Origin: Mytilus californianus
Lineage: Eukaryota
DNA length: 64,000 nucleotides
Assembly (NCBI RefSeq): GCF_021869535.1
Contig: NW_026262707.1
Coordinates: 124,001 to 188,000, forward strand
Reading direction: 5' to 3'
Shown: positions 1 to 13,621 of the stretch, one piece after another
How the letters are laid out: each line of letters opens with the position of its first letter
Numbering within the stretch: the first letter of the stretch is position 1
Translations under genes and position numbers: made by a program
Notes under the pieces: generated by a model
Database searches by the model: none
Told to the model about the DNA's origin: nothing
The model's input: only the letters and a program-made list of their open reading frames with translations

Positions 1-114
1 TGTGAACATTGTGCTTATTAGATTTCATTTTTGTATATTTTCAGTTTTTTACCCTCTCTGGAGGTCTGCAATAAAAGATAGTAACTCAGGTTTCAGCGTA
101 TCTTTGACATTACA
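1..114 (+). repeat. BEL-A 5' LTR, 3' part
   Basis: Direct repeat of 6842-6955; contains AATAAA at 70-75; ends TTACA. Confidence 0.95.
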
Positions 115-145
115 GTAAAAAACCTTGGTATCGGGAAGAATAAAC

Positions 146-3100
146 ATGGACTCAGAAAGAACTTTGCGTGAGGCGTATAGACTTACTCCAGAAGGACAAT
201 TGGTGTTTGAGGAGAGTGTAAGACAGTTTACTTCAAAACTACGAATTCAACACAGATATATAGACATGATTATGGGAGATATACATGAGCACACCCAGAT
301 GACTAAAACATTAGCTTGTACTTACAAGCAAGAACTAATGAAACATTTAAAGGAATATGAAGAAATTTCTCGCAAATATGACGACTATTTGGTTTCTCAA
401 CGGTGTGACGAAAGTTCTCGTGAGAGAGCTTCACATAGTATGATTGCTAGTTCGATACAACAGAAAGCCTCTATAGTAATAGATAATCTGGAAACAATGT
501 TGCAAGCCTTTGATATGGAAGAGCTACATAAAGTTAAAACTGAACAATTATCAGAAATCATTCAACCACCGGACGCTTTTAGAGAACCGTCAGATATTGG
601 TGTCGATAGAAAATCTAGATGTTCAAGAGGAAGTTCTTATCTTTCTCGGCAAAGAGCCAAAGTTGAAGCCGCAAAAACCAGAGCAAAATTTGCACAAGAA
701 GAAGTTGAACTTATGCGTAAACAAACAGCCATACAAGCAGACATGAAACTTTTAAGTGTGAAACGTGATATAGAGGAAGCTGAATGTGAACTCAGAGTCT
801 TGAATGAGAATTTTGATGACGATTGTGCTATTTCAGAACCAAATAAAGAAGACATCCAAAGACGTAATGCAGAATTCATACTAAAACAAACTGATCAAAA
901 TGACAATACGCCTTTAACTCAAAATTTAAATGTTGATGCACCTACGTTTATACCAGCAGTAGTAAGTCAAATCCCTACTGCCACGTTTACTCAGACAGAC
1001 GCATGTAGGGAGTTTACTCAATTCATTGTTAAAAAAAGACTTGTTATTATCAAGGCTCTGTAAATATGATGACACGCCTGGATATTTCTTAGCTTGGAAA
1101 GCTAGTTTTACAAATGTAATGCGTGAATTAAACGTTACTCCGTCTGAAGAAATAGACTTATTGGTTAAATGGTTGGGACCCGAAAGTTGCAAACAAGCAT
1201 CGAGCATTCGAGCAGCTAATGCAGGAAACCCATCTCAAGGTGTAGCCAGGATTTGGGCTAGACTTCAAGACAGATTTGGAAGTCCAGAAATTGTAGAAAG
1301 TGCTTTGCGTAAGAAACTCAATAACTTTGCCAAAATAAGTAATAAAGACAACAAACGTTTATTTGAGCTTTTTGATATAGTTTCAGAAATAGAAGCAGTT
1401 AAAGAGAATGACATGTATAGAAGTATTTTTAGTGTTTATGACTCATCGGCTGGCGTAAATATTATTATAGCAAAACTTCCATATAATATCCAAGAAAAGT
1501 GGACATCAGAGGCCACCAGATATAAGATTCAAAACCACTTGGTATATCCACCATTCACAGTATTCACCAAGTTTTTGCAAAGGATGGCAAAAATGAAAAA
1601 TGACCCCAGTTTTTTCTTCGAGGATTGTCGAGAAATCAAAGTACAGAATACTACTAATGCAACAAACAATCGTTATGGAAACACAAAAAATCAGTTATCT
1701 TGTGCACGTACTGAAACATCAGTGTTGAAACCGTTAGCAGATAAAGTAAAAAGTTCAGACTTGGTATGTCCTGTGCATGGAACAAGTCACTTATTGAATG
1801 ATTGCAGAGGTTTTCGCATGAAACCGATTTCAGAACGAAGGGAGTTCTTAAAAAAGAATGGAATTTGTTTTCGCTGTTGTGGGCCTAAGCGCCATCTAAG
1901 AAGAGACTGCAAAGAGTTCTTGAAATGTTCAGTCTGTCAGAGTCGGGAACACCCTTCTGGTTTACATACCGATATAGAGAGTATTAAAAATAACAACCCC
2001 CCAGAATCTCACGAGGGGGAGAATGAATCAGGAGAAGTTAAGACAGCATGCACACAAATATGTGGTCAAGTAACTGGCACAAGTAAGTCATGTTCAAAAC
2101 TAATGCTAGTAAAAGTGTATCCAAAAGGAAAACCCGAACAATCACGCATGATGTATTCTTTAATAGATGACCAAAGTAACAGGTCATTGGCCACTTCCAA
2201 CTTCTTTTATTTGTTTTGTGATAATGGACCTGAAACTGAATATGTTTTGTCGTCTTGTGCAGGAAAATTCACAACATCTGGACGTTTAGCTAGGGAATAC
2301 GTGGTAGAAACTTTAGATGGGTCTTGTGTGTTTGATTTACCAACTATCATCGAATGTAATGATATTCCGAACAATAGACAGGAAATAGCGTCACCTAATG
2401 TGGCTATTCAGTATCCTCATCTTGTAGACATTGCTCCTTACATTCCTGAAATCGATGAGCATGCACAGATTGATCTTTTGATAGGAAGAGATTTGATATC
2501 AGTACACCATGTACTCGATCAGCGTCTTGGCAAAGGTAACCTCCCATATGCACAGAAGCTGCCTTTAGGGTGGGCAATAATTGGTGAAGTGTGTCTCGGG
2601 AAAACTCATCCGCCTGGCATTCTAGATTGCGTAAATGTGAACAAGACGACCATTTTGAGTAATGGCCGTGCTACTTTTCTTAAACCTTGTCAAAATGAAT
2701 TACTAATAGATACGAATGTTTTCCGTACAACTGACAAAGATGAAAAAATTGGATCATCAATCGAAGACGATACATTCCTGAGGATCATGAATTCAGGTTT
2801 TGTTAAAGATTCAGATGGTTGTTGGGTTGCTCCATTGCCCTTCCGTGAGCATCGGCCAATATTAGAAAACAACAAACAATTAGCTTTAAAGAGAGCAAAA
2901 TCTTTCGATTACAGCTTGTAAATTAATTCTACAAAACGAGAACATGTCATACAATTCATGCAGAAAATCATCGAAAATGGTCATGCTGAAATAGCGCCAC
3001 CATTGGCTATATCGTCTGAATGTTGGTACTTACCTATGTTTGGGATATATCACCCCACAAAACCTGACAGTATCAGAGTTGTATTCGATGCATCCGCAGT

Positions 3101-6093
3101 GTGTAATGGTCATTCATTAAATAACATTCTGTTAAAGGGACCAGACCTCACGAACAGCCTGTTAGGGATTTTGCTTCGTTTTCGAAAAGAGGCTATAGCG
3201 GTAACTGCTGACGTCGAACAGATGTTCTATAATTTCAAAGTCAGTGAAGAGCATCGTAATTACCTTCGTTTTATTTGGCATACTGAAAATGACATTGAAA
3301 AACCATTGATTGATTACCGTATGACTGTTCACGTATTTGGTAACAGCCCCTCGCCGTCAGTGGCAACTTATAGACTTAGGAAATCTGCTGAAACTGCTGA
3401 TCAAGATGTGAAGGAGTTTGTAGATCGCAACTTTTACGTGGACGATGGTCTATTGTCGTGTCAAAATGTTGAGACAGCTGTTGATTTAGTTAAGAGAACA
3501 CAAAACGCATTGTTAAGGGGTGGTAATCTTAGGTTACATAAAATAGCCTCAAATAGCAAATATTTGTCAAGTCAGTTTCCCGTTGATGATCTGGCTAAAA
3601 ATCTCAAAGATCTGAAATTTGAAAATGACTGTTTACCTTTGCAAAGAAGCCTAGGTATGGCTTGGGATATTAACACTGACTGTTTTACCTTTCAAGTAGC
3701 ACATGACATCAAGCCATTTAGCAAGCGTGGCGTATTATCAACGATCAACTCTCTTTTTGATCCGATTGGCTTTACAGCCCGTGTCTCAGTTCGTGGTAAA
3801 CTTCTCTTACGTGATATGATGACTTCACTAGGACACACTGAATGGGATGACCCATTACCTGATACTTACCTACATCTATGGAAACAGTGGATTAATACGT
3901 TACCTGATCTTGGGCAATGATTTATTCCGCGTATGTATAGTGACATCTTCTATGCAGAAGCTTCGAACAAAGAAGTTCATATCTTTTGTGATGCTTCAAA
4001 AGAGGCAATAGGTGCGGTGGCTTATTTGAGATTAATTGACTCACACCATGTAACAGTTAGTTTTTTATTGGGAAAGGCGAAGGTTGCGCCTTCACATGGG
4101 AATACTATTCCTCGATTAGAACTGTGCGCCTCTGTGTTTGCGGCAGAATTATCTGATCTTGTCAACGAGCATTTAGGTATAGATCAAAGTGAAATGTACT
4201 TTTACTCAGACAGCAAAATAGTGTTGGGTTACTTGACAAATGAGTCAAAGAGGTTTCATGTATACGTTGGAAACCGAGTGCGACGAATTCGAGTCTCTAG
4301 TGATCCAAAAAGATGGAGACATGTTTCAACCGAAAATAATCCGGCAGATATCGCAACACGAGGAATTAACCCTGCAGAGTTATCGAATAGTATATGGATG
4401 AAGGGACCAGTATTTCTTTATAACGTGTCCCTTGGAAATTTAGATAATGGTCCACATCAGTTGGTTGATGCTGATAGTGACAAGGAGATTCGCCCAGATG
4501 TGCAAGTAGCTAAAACACAAACTGTAGATCGAAATAATCTACATAAATTAGGAACACATAGATTCTCAACATTTTCAGAATGGAGAACTTTAGTCAGAGC
4601 AATTTCCTTATTGAAACAACTTGTTAGAAATCTGGCACATCATAACGATAAACCTGAACATTTAGATGCATACAAACAACCAGATGCTTTGAAACGAGCC
4701 CAACAATTCATAATTCGTGAGGTTCAAATGGAAAATTATAGAAACGAAATAGACAATATCAGACAGGGAACATCGTTGCATAACAACAGTTCTCTCTCGC
4801 AACTATCGCCCATACTTGATGTTGATGACACCTTAAGAGTTGGTGGTCGCTTGCGAAATTACAAAGATTGTGCAGATCTTTCAAAACATCCTATTATCTT
4901 ACCAAAACACCACCATATATCATTACTTATTGTTCGACACTTCCATGAAAAAGTGGCTCATCAAGGCAGAAGCCTCACATATGGTGCTATCCGTACAGCT
5001 GGTGTTTGGATTTTAGGCAGTCGTCGTTTAGTTTCTTCAGTGCTTCATAAATGTGTGATATGTCGTAAGCTTCGTGGTTGTTTCGGTTGGCAGCAAATGG
5101 CAGATTTGCCTGAGGACAGATTAAAACCATCACCGCCATTTACATTCGTCGGTGTTGGACACTTTTGGCCCATGGCCCATAGCATATAGACGCACTCGTG
5201 TCATACCAGCTAATCAGAAAAGATGGGCACTTATGTTCACATGCCTCGTCAGCAGAGCAATTCATATAGAGGTCATAGAGGAGCTCAGCAGTGCTTCATG
5301 TATAAATGCGTTGCGTCGTTTCATTGCCTTAAGGGGTGAAGTTAAGCAGTTCCGTTCTGATAGGGGAACAAACTTTGTTGGCAGTTCAAAAGAGCTAAAT
5401 ATGATCACTGAATTGGTTGAAAAAGACTCTGTGAGAAGTTTTCTCTCAAACAACGACGTCTTGTGGCTTTTTAATCCTCCACACGCCTCCCACATGGAAG
5501 GAGTGTGGGAAAGGATGATTGGTGTTTCACGAAAGATTTTAGATTCTATGTTACTACGAGAAGGTTCAAAAACTCTTACTCATGAAGTACTTACTACCCT
5601 GTTATCGGAGGTAACAGCAATTGTAAATGCGAGACCCTTGGTTCCGGTGTCAGCTGACCCAGAATCACCATGTGTACTTTGTCCAGCAATGCTTCTCACA
5701 CATAAAATAAATCAGGACAATGTATCGTTTCCAACATTCGGAAATAAAGACATGTTGAAATCTCTATGGAAGCACACTCAGGTTCTAGCAGAAGAGTTTT
5801 GGAACCGCTGGCGTAACGAATATTTAAACCGTCTACAAACTCGACAAAAATGGACCCGTGAATACAGTAATATGAAGGAAGGCGATTTAGTACTCTTAAG
5901 AGACCGTGAATGTGCTCGCAACTATTGGCCAGTCGCAATTGTTGAAAAGACATTCTCTAGTTTTGATCAGAAAGTCAGAAAGGTTCAAATTCGTGTTGTG
6001 CGTGATGGGAAAGCAGTTAGTTATGTTAGACCAATCAACGAACTAGTAATGTTGGTAGAGCATGTGGAACTAAAACAAAGTGAAACAGATTAA
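146..6093 (+). pseudogene. BEL-A gag-pol polyprotein, disrupted
   Basis: Five ORF-track segments join into one polyprotein: Cys/His gag knuckles (CFRCCGPKRH), protease-like LIDDQS, RT YLPMFG/FYVDD, RNase H IFCDAS, integrase HHCC region and D-D-E (GVDTFGPW, SDRGTNF, GVWERMI). Lesions: +1 frameshift in an A7 run (~1031-1037), in-frame TAA 2919-2921, TGA 3918-3920, +1 frameshift ~5157. Confidence 0.93.
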
Positions 6094-6235
6094 TGATTAT
6101 AATTTTAACTCGTTGAACCTTCGGATAGTCAGAACATTTTATTACAGTTATTACATTTTGCATTGATAATTTGTTCATGTTATTTTCAAATTTGTTTATG
6201 AATTGGTGATTTTAGATTTGAAATCAGAGGGGGAG

Positions 6236-6955
6236 TGTTATGTCACACTCCGGAAATTACGGATCTGTCCGTCATTATGTCGAATTTTATTTTTGATGTC
6301 TGCCACACGGCAAAGATAAACAAACTTTTCTTTGGTATTCAACCCTCCACAGGGTGAGTTTTTGTTATACTGTAGTTTATAACCTTCATTTGTATGCCCG
6401 ATATACGTATTTAAAGTCTAAGGTCAGTCCTTTTGAATTTAATTGTGATTTCAAACGATTCTCAGGAGTCATATCTCATGTCACACTTATTTTGTATTTT
6501 ACATGTTAAATTAAGCTTTCCGATGTTTATATGATGGTTATTTTTATTCCTGCTTTTATTATACACCAGTCCTAGTCAATTTAAGCTTCTTAATTCTCGA
6601 TTTTTGATATTACTCCGTCAGTTTGTCAAAATATTTTTTGTATGGAACGCCAATAGAGCCATATATTTCGGCGTACGTTTTTTCTTAAAACAGTATGTGT
6701 ATAGAACGCTTTTCGTGTTATAATTTTGTTATCTAAGATGTAATTCTATGGCACTTTTTGATCATTTTTTGGTTGTTTCATAAGATAGACATATTTTTCA
6801 ATGTATGGAGAACATTGTTGATATTAATTGTACCATTATTTTGTGAACATTGTGCTTATTAGATTTCATTTTTGTATATTTTCAGTTTTTTACCCTCTCT
6901 GGAGGTCTGCAATAAAAGATAGTAACTCAGGTTTTAGCGTATCTTTGATATTACA
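6236..6955 (+). repeat. BEL-A 3' LTR (720 bp)
   Basis: TGT...ACA termini, follows the PPT, AATAAA at 6911-6916; followed by GATAG (candidate TSD, 5' copy outside window). Confidence 0.94.
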
Positions 6956-7170
6956 GATAGCTTACAAAATCTTTTAAATATTTCAGTCGATTCCGTTAAC
7001 TCAGAAAATGATTTGCTTTTCTCTAATTCCAATGAATTTGTTCCTGAAATGAGTCTGTCAATAAAGATGACATTGGCAGTTATATAAGTATGGAGTCACC
7101 TGAAAAGAAAAAAAAAAACGATTCTGAAAACAAAAGATAGCAATGATGAAAGAGAGTCACGATCACAATG

Positions 7171-7594
7171 GATTGATTGATTGTTGGTTGCCTAACGTCC
7201 AGTGGCAAATATTTCATGCATATTCAGGACGAGAACAAATTAACAATAAATACAATAGGTAGGTTCTGTAATAGGGGCGTCCGGGATTAAGGTCGGAGAA
7301 ATTTAGAATACCACGGGAAATGAGGGTATATTGGATAGGGACAGAAATTTAGCCTTGCAACAGGTCACCTACGGACCCCTCAAAGAGTTGTTGCAAGGGT
7401 TCTTAACGTGCAAAGAGTGTGGCACTCTCTTTACACGAGGCATCGGATTTAACGTCCCCATTCTGACCGGACGTGGCTGCAAATTTGTACATCCCGCACA
7501 GCCAAACGGACGCCCCACTTTAGCACGGGTTTTACTGCCAGTCGGAGGAAGACCAATGGTGACCATACTTCTATTCCCCAGTCACCCTCGGGGG
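7171..7594 (-). mobile_element. SINE-like retroposon, copy 1
   Basis: ~420-bp dispersed repeat; head CCCCGAGGGTGACTGGGG, tail (CAAT)n; no clear TSD in this copy. Confidence 0.88.
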
Positions 7595-8154
7595 TCTATT
7601 ATTTAGATTCACAGAATTTATATTTACAAGAATATAATATCAGACTACAGTAAGGAAGGTCTGCTGCAATAAAAAAAAAATCATTTTTTATTTGTTTTTT
7701 CTTCTTCTGCAAACTGGCCAGGTGTGTCTGCTCCCTCAAGTTAAACCAACAAATTAAAAACCTGCGGCCGTATGAGTAATAAAAATTGCGTTTATTTGTC
7801 TTGTTAATTTGCCTGCTTTGTAAATGATCGAATTACAATGATTATGATTAATTAATTGTTTTTGCAGAGAATGTGAACAGTAATCCTGCAAGAACTAATC
7901 TTACCTACGCAGAAAAAAGGAAGAGGGTAATGGGACTTGTTGAGATACAAGCTCATTGAAACCAGGTTGGAGGAACAGTCCCCAGCAACTCATTCTTGTT
8001 GCTTTTGTCAATCAACTGTTGATGATGTCATAGTTTGTCAGGATTGTGGTCCCTCTGCATTGTGATGCTTGCTGTAAGAGGATACATCAGAACATCCTGT
8101 TCCATAAGCCACACCAGTGGAAGGTAACATATTGCCACAATATATATAAAAAAG

Positions 8155-8565
8155 ATGTGGTATGATTGCCAATGAGACAACTCTCCACAAGCATACAAGA
8201 GACCAAATGACACAGAAAGTATTAACTATAGGTCACCGTACGGCCTTCAACAATGAGCAAAGCCCATACCACATAGTCAGCTATTAAAAGCCCTGAAATG
8301 ACAATGTAAAACAATTCAAACGAGAAAACTAACAGCCTTATTTATGTAAAAAAATGAACGAAAAACATATATGTAACACATAAACAAACGATAACCACTG
8401 AATTACAGGCTCTTGACTTGGGACAGGCACATACATGTAGAATGTGGCGGGGTTAAACATGTTAGCAGGATCCCAACCCTCCCCCTAACCTGGGACAGTG
8501 GTGTAACAGTACAACGTAAGAACGAACTATAAAAATCAGTTGAAAAAGGCTTAACTCATCAGGTG
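8155..8565 (+). repeat. High-copy dispersed repeat (AAGATGTGGTATGATTGCCAATGAGACAACTCTCC family)
   Basis: Related segments recur at ~18720-18775(-), 25785-25890, 35680-35820(-), 40005-40285, 45915-46130 and 53495-53560(-). Class unresolved; family recalled from mussel genomes. Confidence 0.75.
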
Positions 8566-11203
8566 GATACAATTACAAATACAAGTGGACGTTGCCGGGT
8601 ACTTGTACATCCCAACAACAAAAAGACACTTAGTACAGATCTGAGAGTACTCGCAGTTACTGACAGCTAGTTCAAAGCCACTAACAACTATAACAAAATT
8701 CATGCATCTAAGACTAATGTCATTTGTTCATGTGTTTAGATGTAGTTTTAAAACTTTTCTGAAAACCAGGATAGAAAAGCAACATTGCAGCTTTTAGAAA
8801 TGTTTAAAAACTGATATACTTTGCAATGCTTTGTGCGGTTATCAAATGAATTTCATAAAATCGTTGATAGTTTTCAAAATTTAGAAATTATTACTGACTA
8901 TTTTCAATAAGAATGTTCAAATGCTTAAAATGTACACACACACAAAAACCATGAAATTAATTGAAAAATTGTAAAGACGAGATTGTTCTTAACAGCCTAC
9001 AAGATACAATGTATATTGATCCAAAGAATTTTTTCAATCTCTAACTTTGTCCTATCAATATATTTCTTTCAGGTTTATATATGATCATATTAACATCATA
9101 CATTAATACTTTAATTATATACATACTTTACCTCTATTACAGCAAACCATGTATGTACCTATTCACATGACAAATGAACTTGCCAGGAAAGACCACATTT
9201 GTGAATCATCATACTCTACTTCCATATATGCTGTTGATGTAAAGGGTAAATATTTTTTATGCTGACCCCCCAAATAAATGTTCCAAACAAACGGTTTTTG
9301 TATGATTACTTTAGTATCCTCTTTTTCTTGGTTGAAATTAACTTTATACAGATGGAAAATATTTGGAAGGGGAAGAAACTGAATTTACTACTCTTTAGAG
9401 CCTCTAGTTTTTCTTTCTTTAATATGTTATTCTCATATTGCAGGTTTACAACATACATATAAAAAACCAGCTATGTAGATGTGAAGATCCTGCAGTCACC
9501 TTTATGCGTTACAGCTTATGGCCAGCTTCACCTACAAGCCCTAAAATTGGCTTTGATCTCAGATTCATGGAGCTATTGTCTGTTCTGCAACTTGAGAGCT
9601 GTTTATCTGCAAAATATGTTTGTGATGCTTTAGATGCTATGCACTCGGACTACATTAAATGAATCTCCAACGTTGCAAGTAAATTTAAACAGTTTTCCAA
9701 TGTCATAAAGTGTTCTCTCATTAGGCATTTGTTAGAAATACATCAGTATAGACAAAAGTATGTTAAAAGATTTTTAAAATATTTGTTGTCACAATGTGCT
9801 GTCTAGATTTAGACAAAAATAAGAAAAAAGATTAGAATTGTGGTTTTGTGCTAGAATGTAAAGATATTTGGTGCTTATCTTGCAAATTTAGTTTGTAAAA
9901 AAATGCTGGAATACTCGAGGTCTATTTTGTGCGTATATTAAGATTTGTTAATATCAGATATGGTCAAAGTTGAAGAAAAAAACAAATTTCACCAAGCTTC
10001 AGCTTACTTCAGATCAAGGACAACTGCTTTTAGAATCAGCTCAGACAAAGAGAAAAAACGCCTGTCTAGTTAAATTAAAGGAACTTGCAACTGACAGGCA
10101 ATATTTATCTAGCTTGAAGAAATATGCAGGTATGAAAATGTATAACAAGTATTATATACTTAAGAGCTGTTCCATTTAAACTTACATGGTACCAAGGGCA
10201 GACAATTTAAAACTTAATTAATCACCCATAGAGTCAAATTTATAATTTCAATTCAATTTTCAATGGATTTCATAACAATCTTTAAAATGGTTGTTATGTT
10301 TTATGGAACAGCCCTAATTTTTATAAATGGGGATAAACTGATTTTGATTCAAGCTTTATAAGTCAACCTATACAATGTGATAAATTTTAAGGTTTACCTC
10401 TCAGCAACTTTTTGTAAATAGCCATGTAGGAATTTTTTGTTGCATTTTTCTCGATAACTACAAATAAGTCCTTCGAAATTCAGAATCACGTGTCATATAA
10501 CCATGCTTTTCAGTGTGAATTGTTTTCATATACATTTCTTAACAACTTTCTATTTACATTAAACCAATAAATATAATTAATTTGTTATATTAATTTTGCA
10601 GAGGGTCAAGATATTGGAATCCGAATAAGCAAACAGTTCTCCAGCAACTTTATAAAGATAAAAAAAGAAGTGGACAAACTGAATGCTATTTCCCGCACAA
10701 ATTTGGATTCCAAACAGTTTCTGTCTTTAGAATCAGAAATATATGATCAGTTGGAAACGAGAAAGATCTCTGAAAACCAACAAAAGGCTGTTCAGTCCAA
10801 ATGTTTGATTGACCATGCAGAAGGAGAAAGTACTAATATTGACATTGAAATAAAAAAGTATTTACTTTATTTAAGTAAACAGAGTGAAGAAATAATTGAC
10901 ACAATCAACTGTCTTTTACCTTTAGAAGGAAACAGGTTCCATTTAGGCAAAATTAATTACCTCTTAGTGGAACATTTTAATATTGAAACTGTTTTTCATT
11001 CGTGTTTCACATTATTTGAACACACTGTTACAGATGTTTCTATTGTACCAAGAATAGTTCATGATAAATTGAATACAGAATTGTCAAGATCCTTAAATTT
11101 ACCAGCCGAAGAAGAAATAACAACAATTTTTCAGGAAATTGAGCAGTTTGAAAATAATGAATTGAACCGTATTTATATGGAAAAGGAGAGTGACGAGGGA
11201 GGA

Positions 11204-11621
11204 TTGATTATTGGTTGCTTAACGTCCAGTGGCAAATATTTCATGCATATTCAGGACAAGAACAAGTTAACAATAAATACAATAGGTAGGTTCTGTAATA
11301 GAGGCGTCTGGGATTGAGGTCGGAGAAATTTAGACTGCCACGGGAAATGAGGGTATATTGGATAGGGACAGAAATATAGCCTTGCAACAGGTCACCTGCG
11401 GACCCCTCAAAGAGTTGTTGCAAGGGTTCTTAACGTGCAAAGAGCGTGGCACTCTCTTTACACGAGGCATCGGATTTAACGTCCCCATTCTGACCGGACG
11501 TGGCTGCAAATTTGTACATCCCGCACAGCCAAACGGACGCCCCACTTTGACGAGGGTTTTACCGCCGGTCGGAGGAAGACCAATGGTGACCATACTTCTA
11601 TTCCCCAGTCACCCTTGGGGA
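11204..11621 (-). mobile_element. SINE-like retroposon, copy 2
   Basis: Full length; 12-bp TSD GACGAGGGAGGA (11192-11203 / 11622-11633). Confidence 0.93.
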
Positions 11622-13621
11622 GACGAGGGAGGAGATGACGATGATATTAAAATTGATAACAATGAAATTTTGTGTTGATGACACAATTATTCGATCGATT
11701 AAAACAGGAAAAGCTTAAACAATGTCAGAAAATAGCACCCGGTTATAAAACTCAATTTTTACGAGGGTCAAGCCATTGAAATCCGAATAAGCAACCAGTT
11801 CTCAAGCAACTTTATAAAGATAAAAAAAAGAAGTGGACATACTGAATGCTATTTCCCACACAAATTTGGATTCTAAACAATTTTGGTCTCTAGAATCAGA
11901 AATATATGATCAGTTGGAATCGACAAAAACTGTATGTTTATATGTACCACATATGAAGGTATATGACATGCAGATAGCTTGGTATTTCCTCAATAAGATT
12001 GTATTATGATATGGGGAATTTTGTCACTCCCTGATTTAAATTTGATAAATAAATACACAGAACAAAAAGAAATGCAATTGGAAAACACACTTCCCTTTCA
12101 TCAGAGACATATATATATATATATGTATATATCTGCTTTCATCAATATACATTGACATTGGACTCCTTGTAACACATTAATTAAAACAGCAAGAATTAAT
12201 ACAAGTTAATGAAACGATCTGCATACATGGTTAGTATTATACTATAGAGTAATGTCATTGTTTGTTTCTCGATTTTTGGTAAGAAAAAAAAAACAGTATT
12301 AATTCCAATTTTTATTTTAATTTTTTTTTTTTCGACCTCCTACCCTCCCTTTTTTTTTAGAAGAATCCTGTAAAGCAACTTATAAAAAAGTGGCCCTATT
12401 TTCACCAAGTCAGGAATATGACAGTTGGTGTCCATTCGTTTGATGTGTTTTATCATTTGATTAGGGGCTTTTCGTTTTGAATTAGAGTTCAGTATTTTTG
12501 TGAATTTACTTTTTTCTCTTTGACTCTTCATACTAGCAACGGCAATATTATTTACCTGTATGACCTCACCAGGCCCCCATTGCTTTTGCACACACACGTA
12601 GTTTTATCGTCCTCTTTCTTTTCTTTTTTCAATTTCTTTATGTACATATCGATCGAAATTGAAGTCAAGCTAAATTCTAGTAAGAGTCTAGAATGATTGA
12701 CTATGAGGACAAGAGAAGTCATACAGGTCAATTATTTTGTCGTTGCCGTTACTTGTATAGCGATATCACTGCATGAAAACTTATCTTTTGTTTTCACCAA
12801 AAGATTGCTTTTTAATCTTTTCTAGACCTTTTAAAAAATACAAAAGATTATATTTTCACATTAATATGCATCAAATGGCCCACTTTTGTTTGCACAAAAG
12901 GTAAACAACATGTGTGACCTTTTGTATAATTATGAAAGATGTGGAGTGCAAATGTGATCTTTTGACAGCCAAAAGGTAACAAAAGAAAACCCTTTGGTGA
13001 TCAAAAGATGACAAAAATATGAACTTGTTCACATTTTGTCACAAAAATGTTTACAAAATTTAGCTGTCCATGGAAACGAAAGGTGACCAAAATATGAACT
13101 TTTTATACATTCCTGTCACACAAATGGTAATAAAATTTAGCTTTCCATGGTAAAAAGGATGACCAAAATATGAACTTTCTGTACACATTTGTTTGGCAGA
13201 ATGTGACAGTAAACAAAACCTTATAAACCCTAATGGTACTAAGGATGATGTGGCAAATGGTCTCATAAACAAATGACAAACATAATTAAAAAATGGTCTG
13301 AATCATGTTTTCACATTGGCTCTTATTGAAAGACTACCATTTCAAACCCGATTAATGGATTCAATGATATTACTGTTAGACAAAAAAGTAAACTATTTTA
13401 CTGTAATTGTGTTATATTATGCACAAACACCCAACATGGCTCATCACTTGTGAATCAGGAACTGCTAACCTTTCCTTAAAGCACTTTAGTTTTCAGTTTT
13501 TCATTATTTTTTTTTCAATTTTGTTAATAAAAAAACAGTACTTTTACAATAAAAGTAGGAACGTTTATCATCTACAATTTAATGATGGGACAGTGGAATT
13601 AGCTTCTGAATTAAAGGGGGA

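Larger units (their letters stand above)
1..6955 (+). mobile_element. BEL/Pao LTR retrotransposon BEL-A (5' LTR truncated by window edge)
   Basis: Bases 1-114 match 6842-6955 with 2 substitutions. PPT AGAGGGGGAG at 6226-6235 precedes an LTR starting TGT (6236) and ending ACA (6955). Internal domain order is gag-protease-RT-RNaseH-integrase, as in BEL/Pao. Confidence 0.96.
7868..11678 (+). pseudogene. KDZ (Kyakuja-Dileera-Zisupton)-type transposase gene remnant, intron-containing
   Basis: Exon-like pieces with AG/GT ends translate to Cys clusters: 7868-8123 CCFC...VCQDCGP..CDACCKRIHQNILFHKPHQW; 9443-9660 LCRCEDPAVTFMRYSLWPASPTSPKIGFDLRFMELLSVLQLES. These resemble (from memory) CxC domains fused to KDZ transposases. 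Frameshifts present; the last exon (ORF 10670-) is interrupted by SINE copy 2. Confidence 0.62.

Noticed and set aside
126-132. TGGTATC as a tRNA-iMet PBS
   Set aside because: It is 11 nt from the LTR end, the match stops after 7 nt, it fits plant rather than animal iMet, and BEL-B has no equivalent.
1026-1063. Programmed gag-pol frameshift in BEL-A
   Set aside because: The shift is +1 in an A7 run and BEL-B reads straight through the homologous KKDL; a mutation or homopolymer sequencing error is more likely.
7331-7606. Recurrent ORFs MDRDRNLALQQ... and MVTIGLPP... (also 11358, 13785, 14779, 19557, 63526)
   Set aside because: They are reading frames across the SINE copies; their ends vary with flanking DNA and indels break them, so they are not a gene family.
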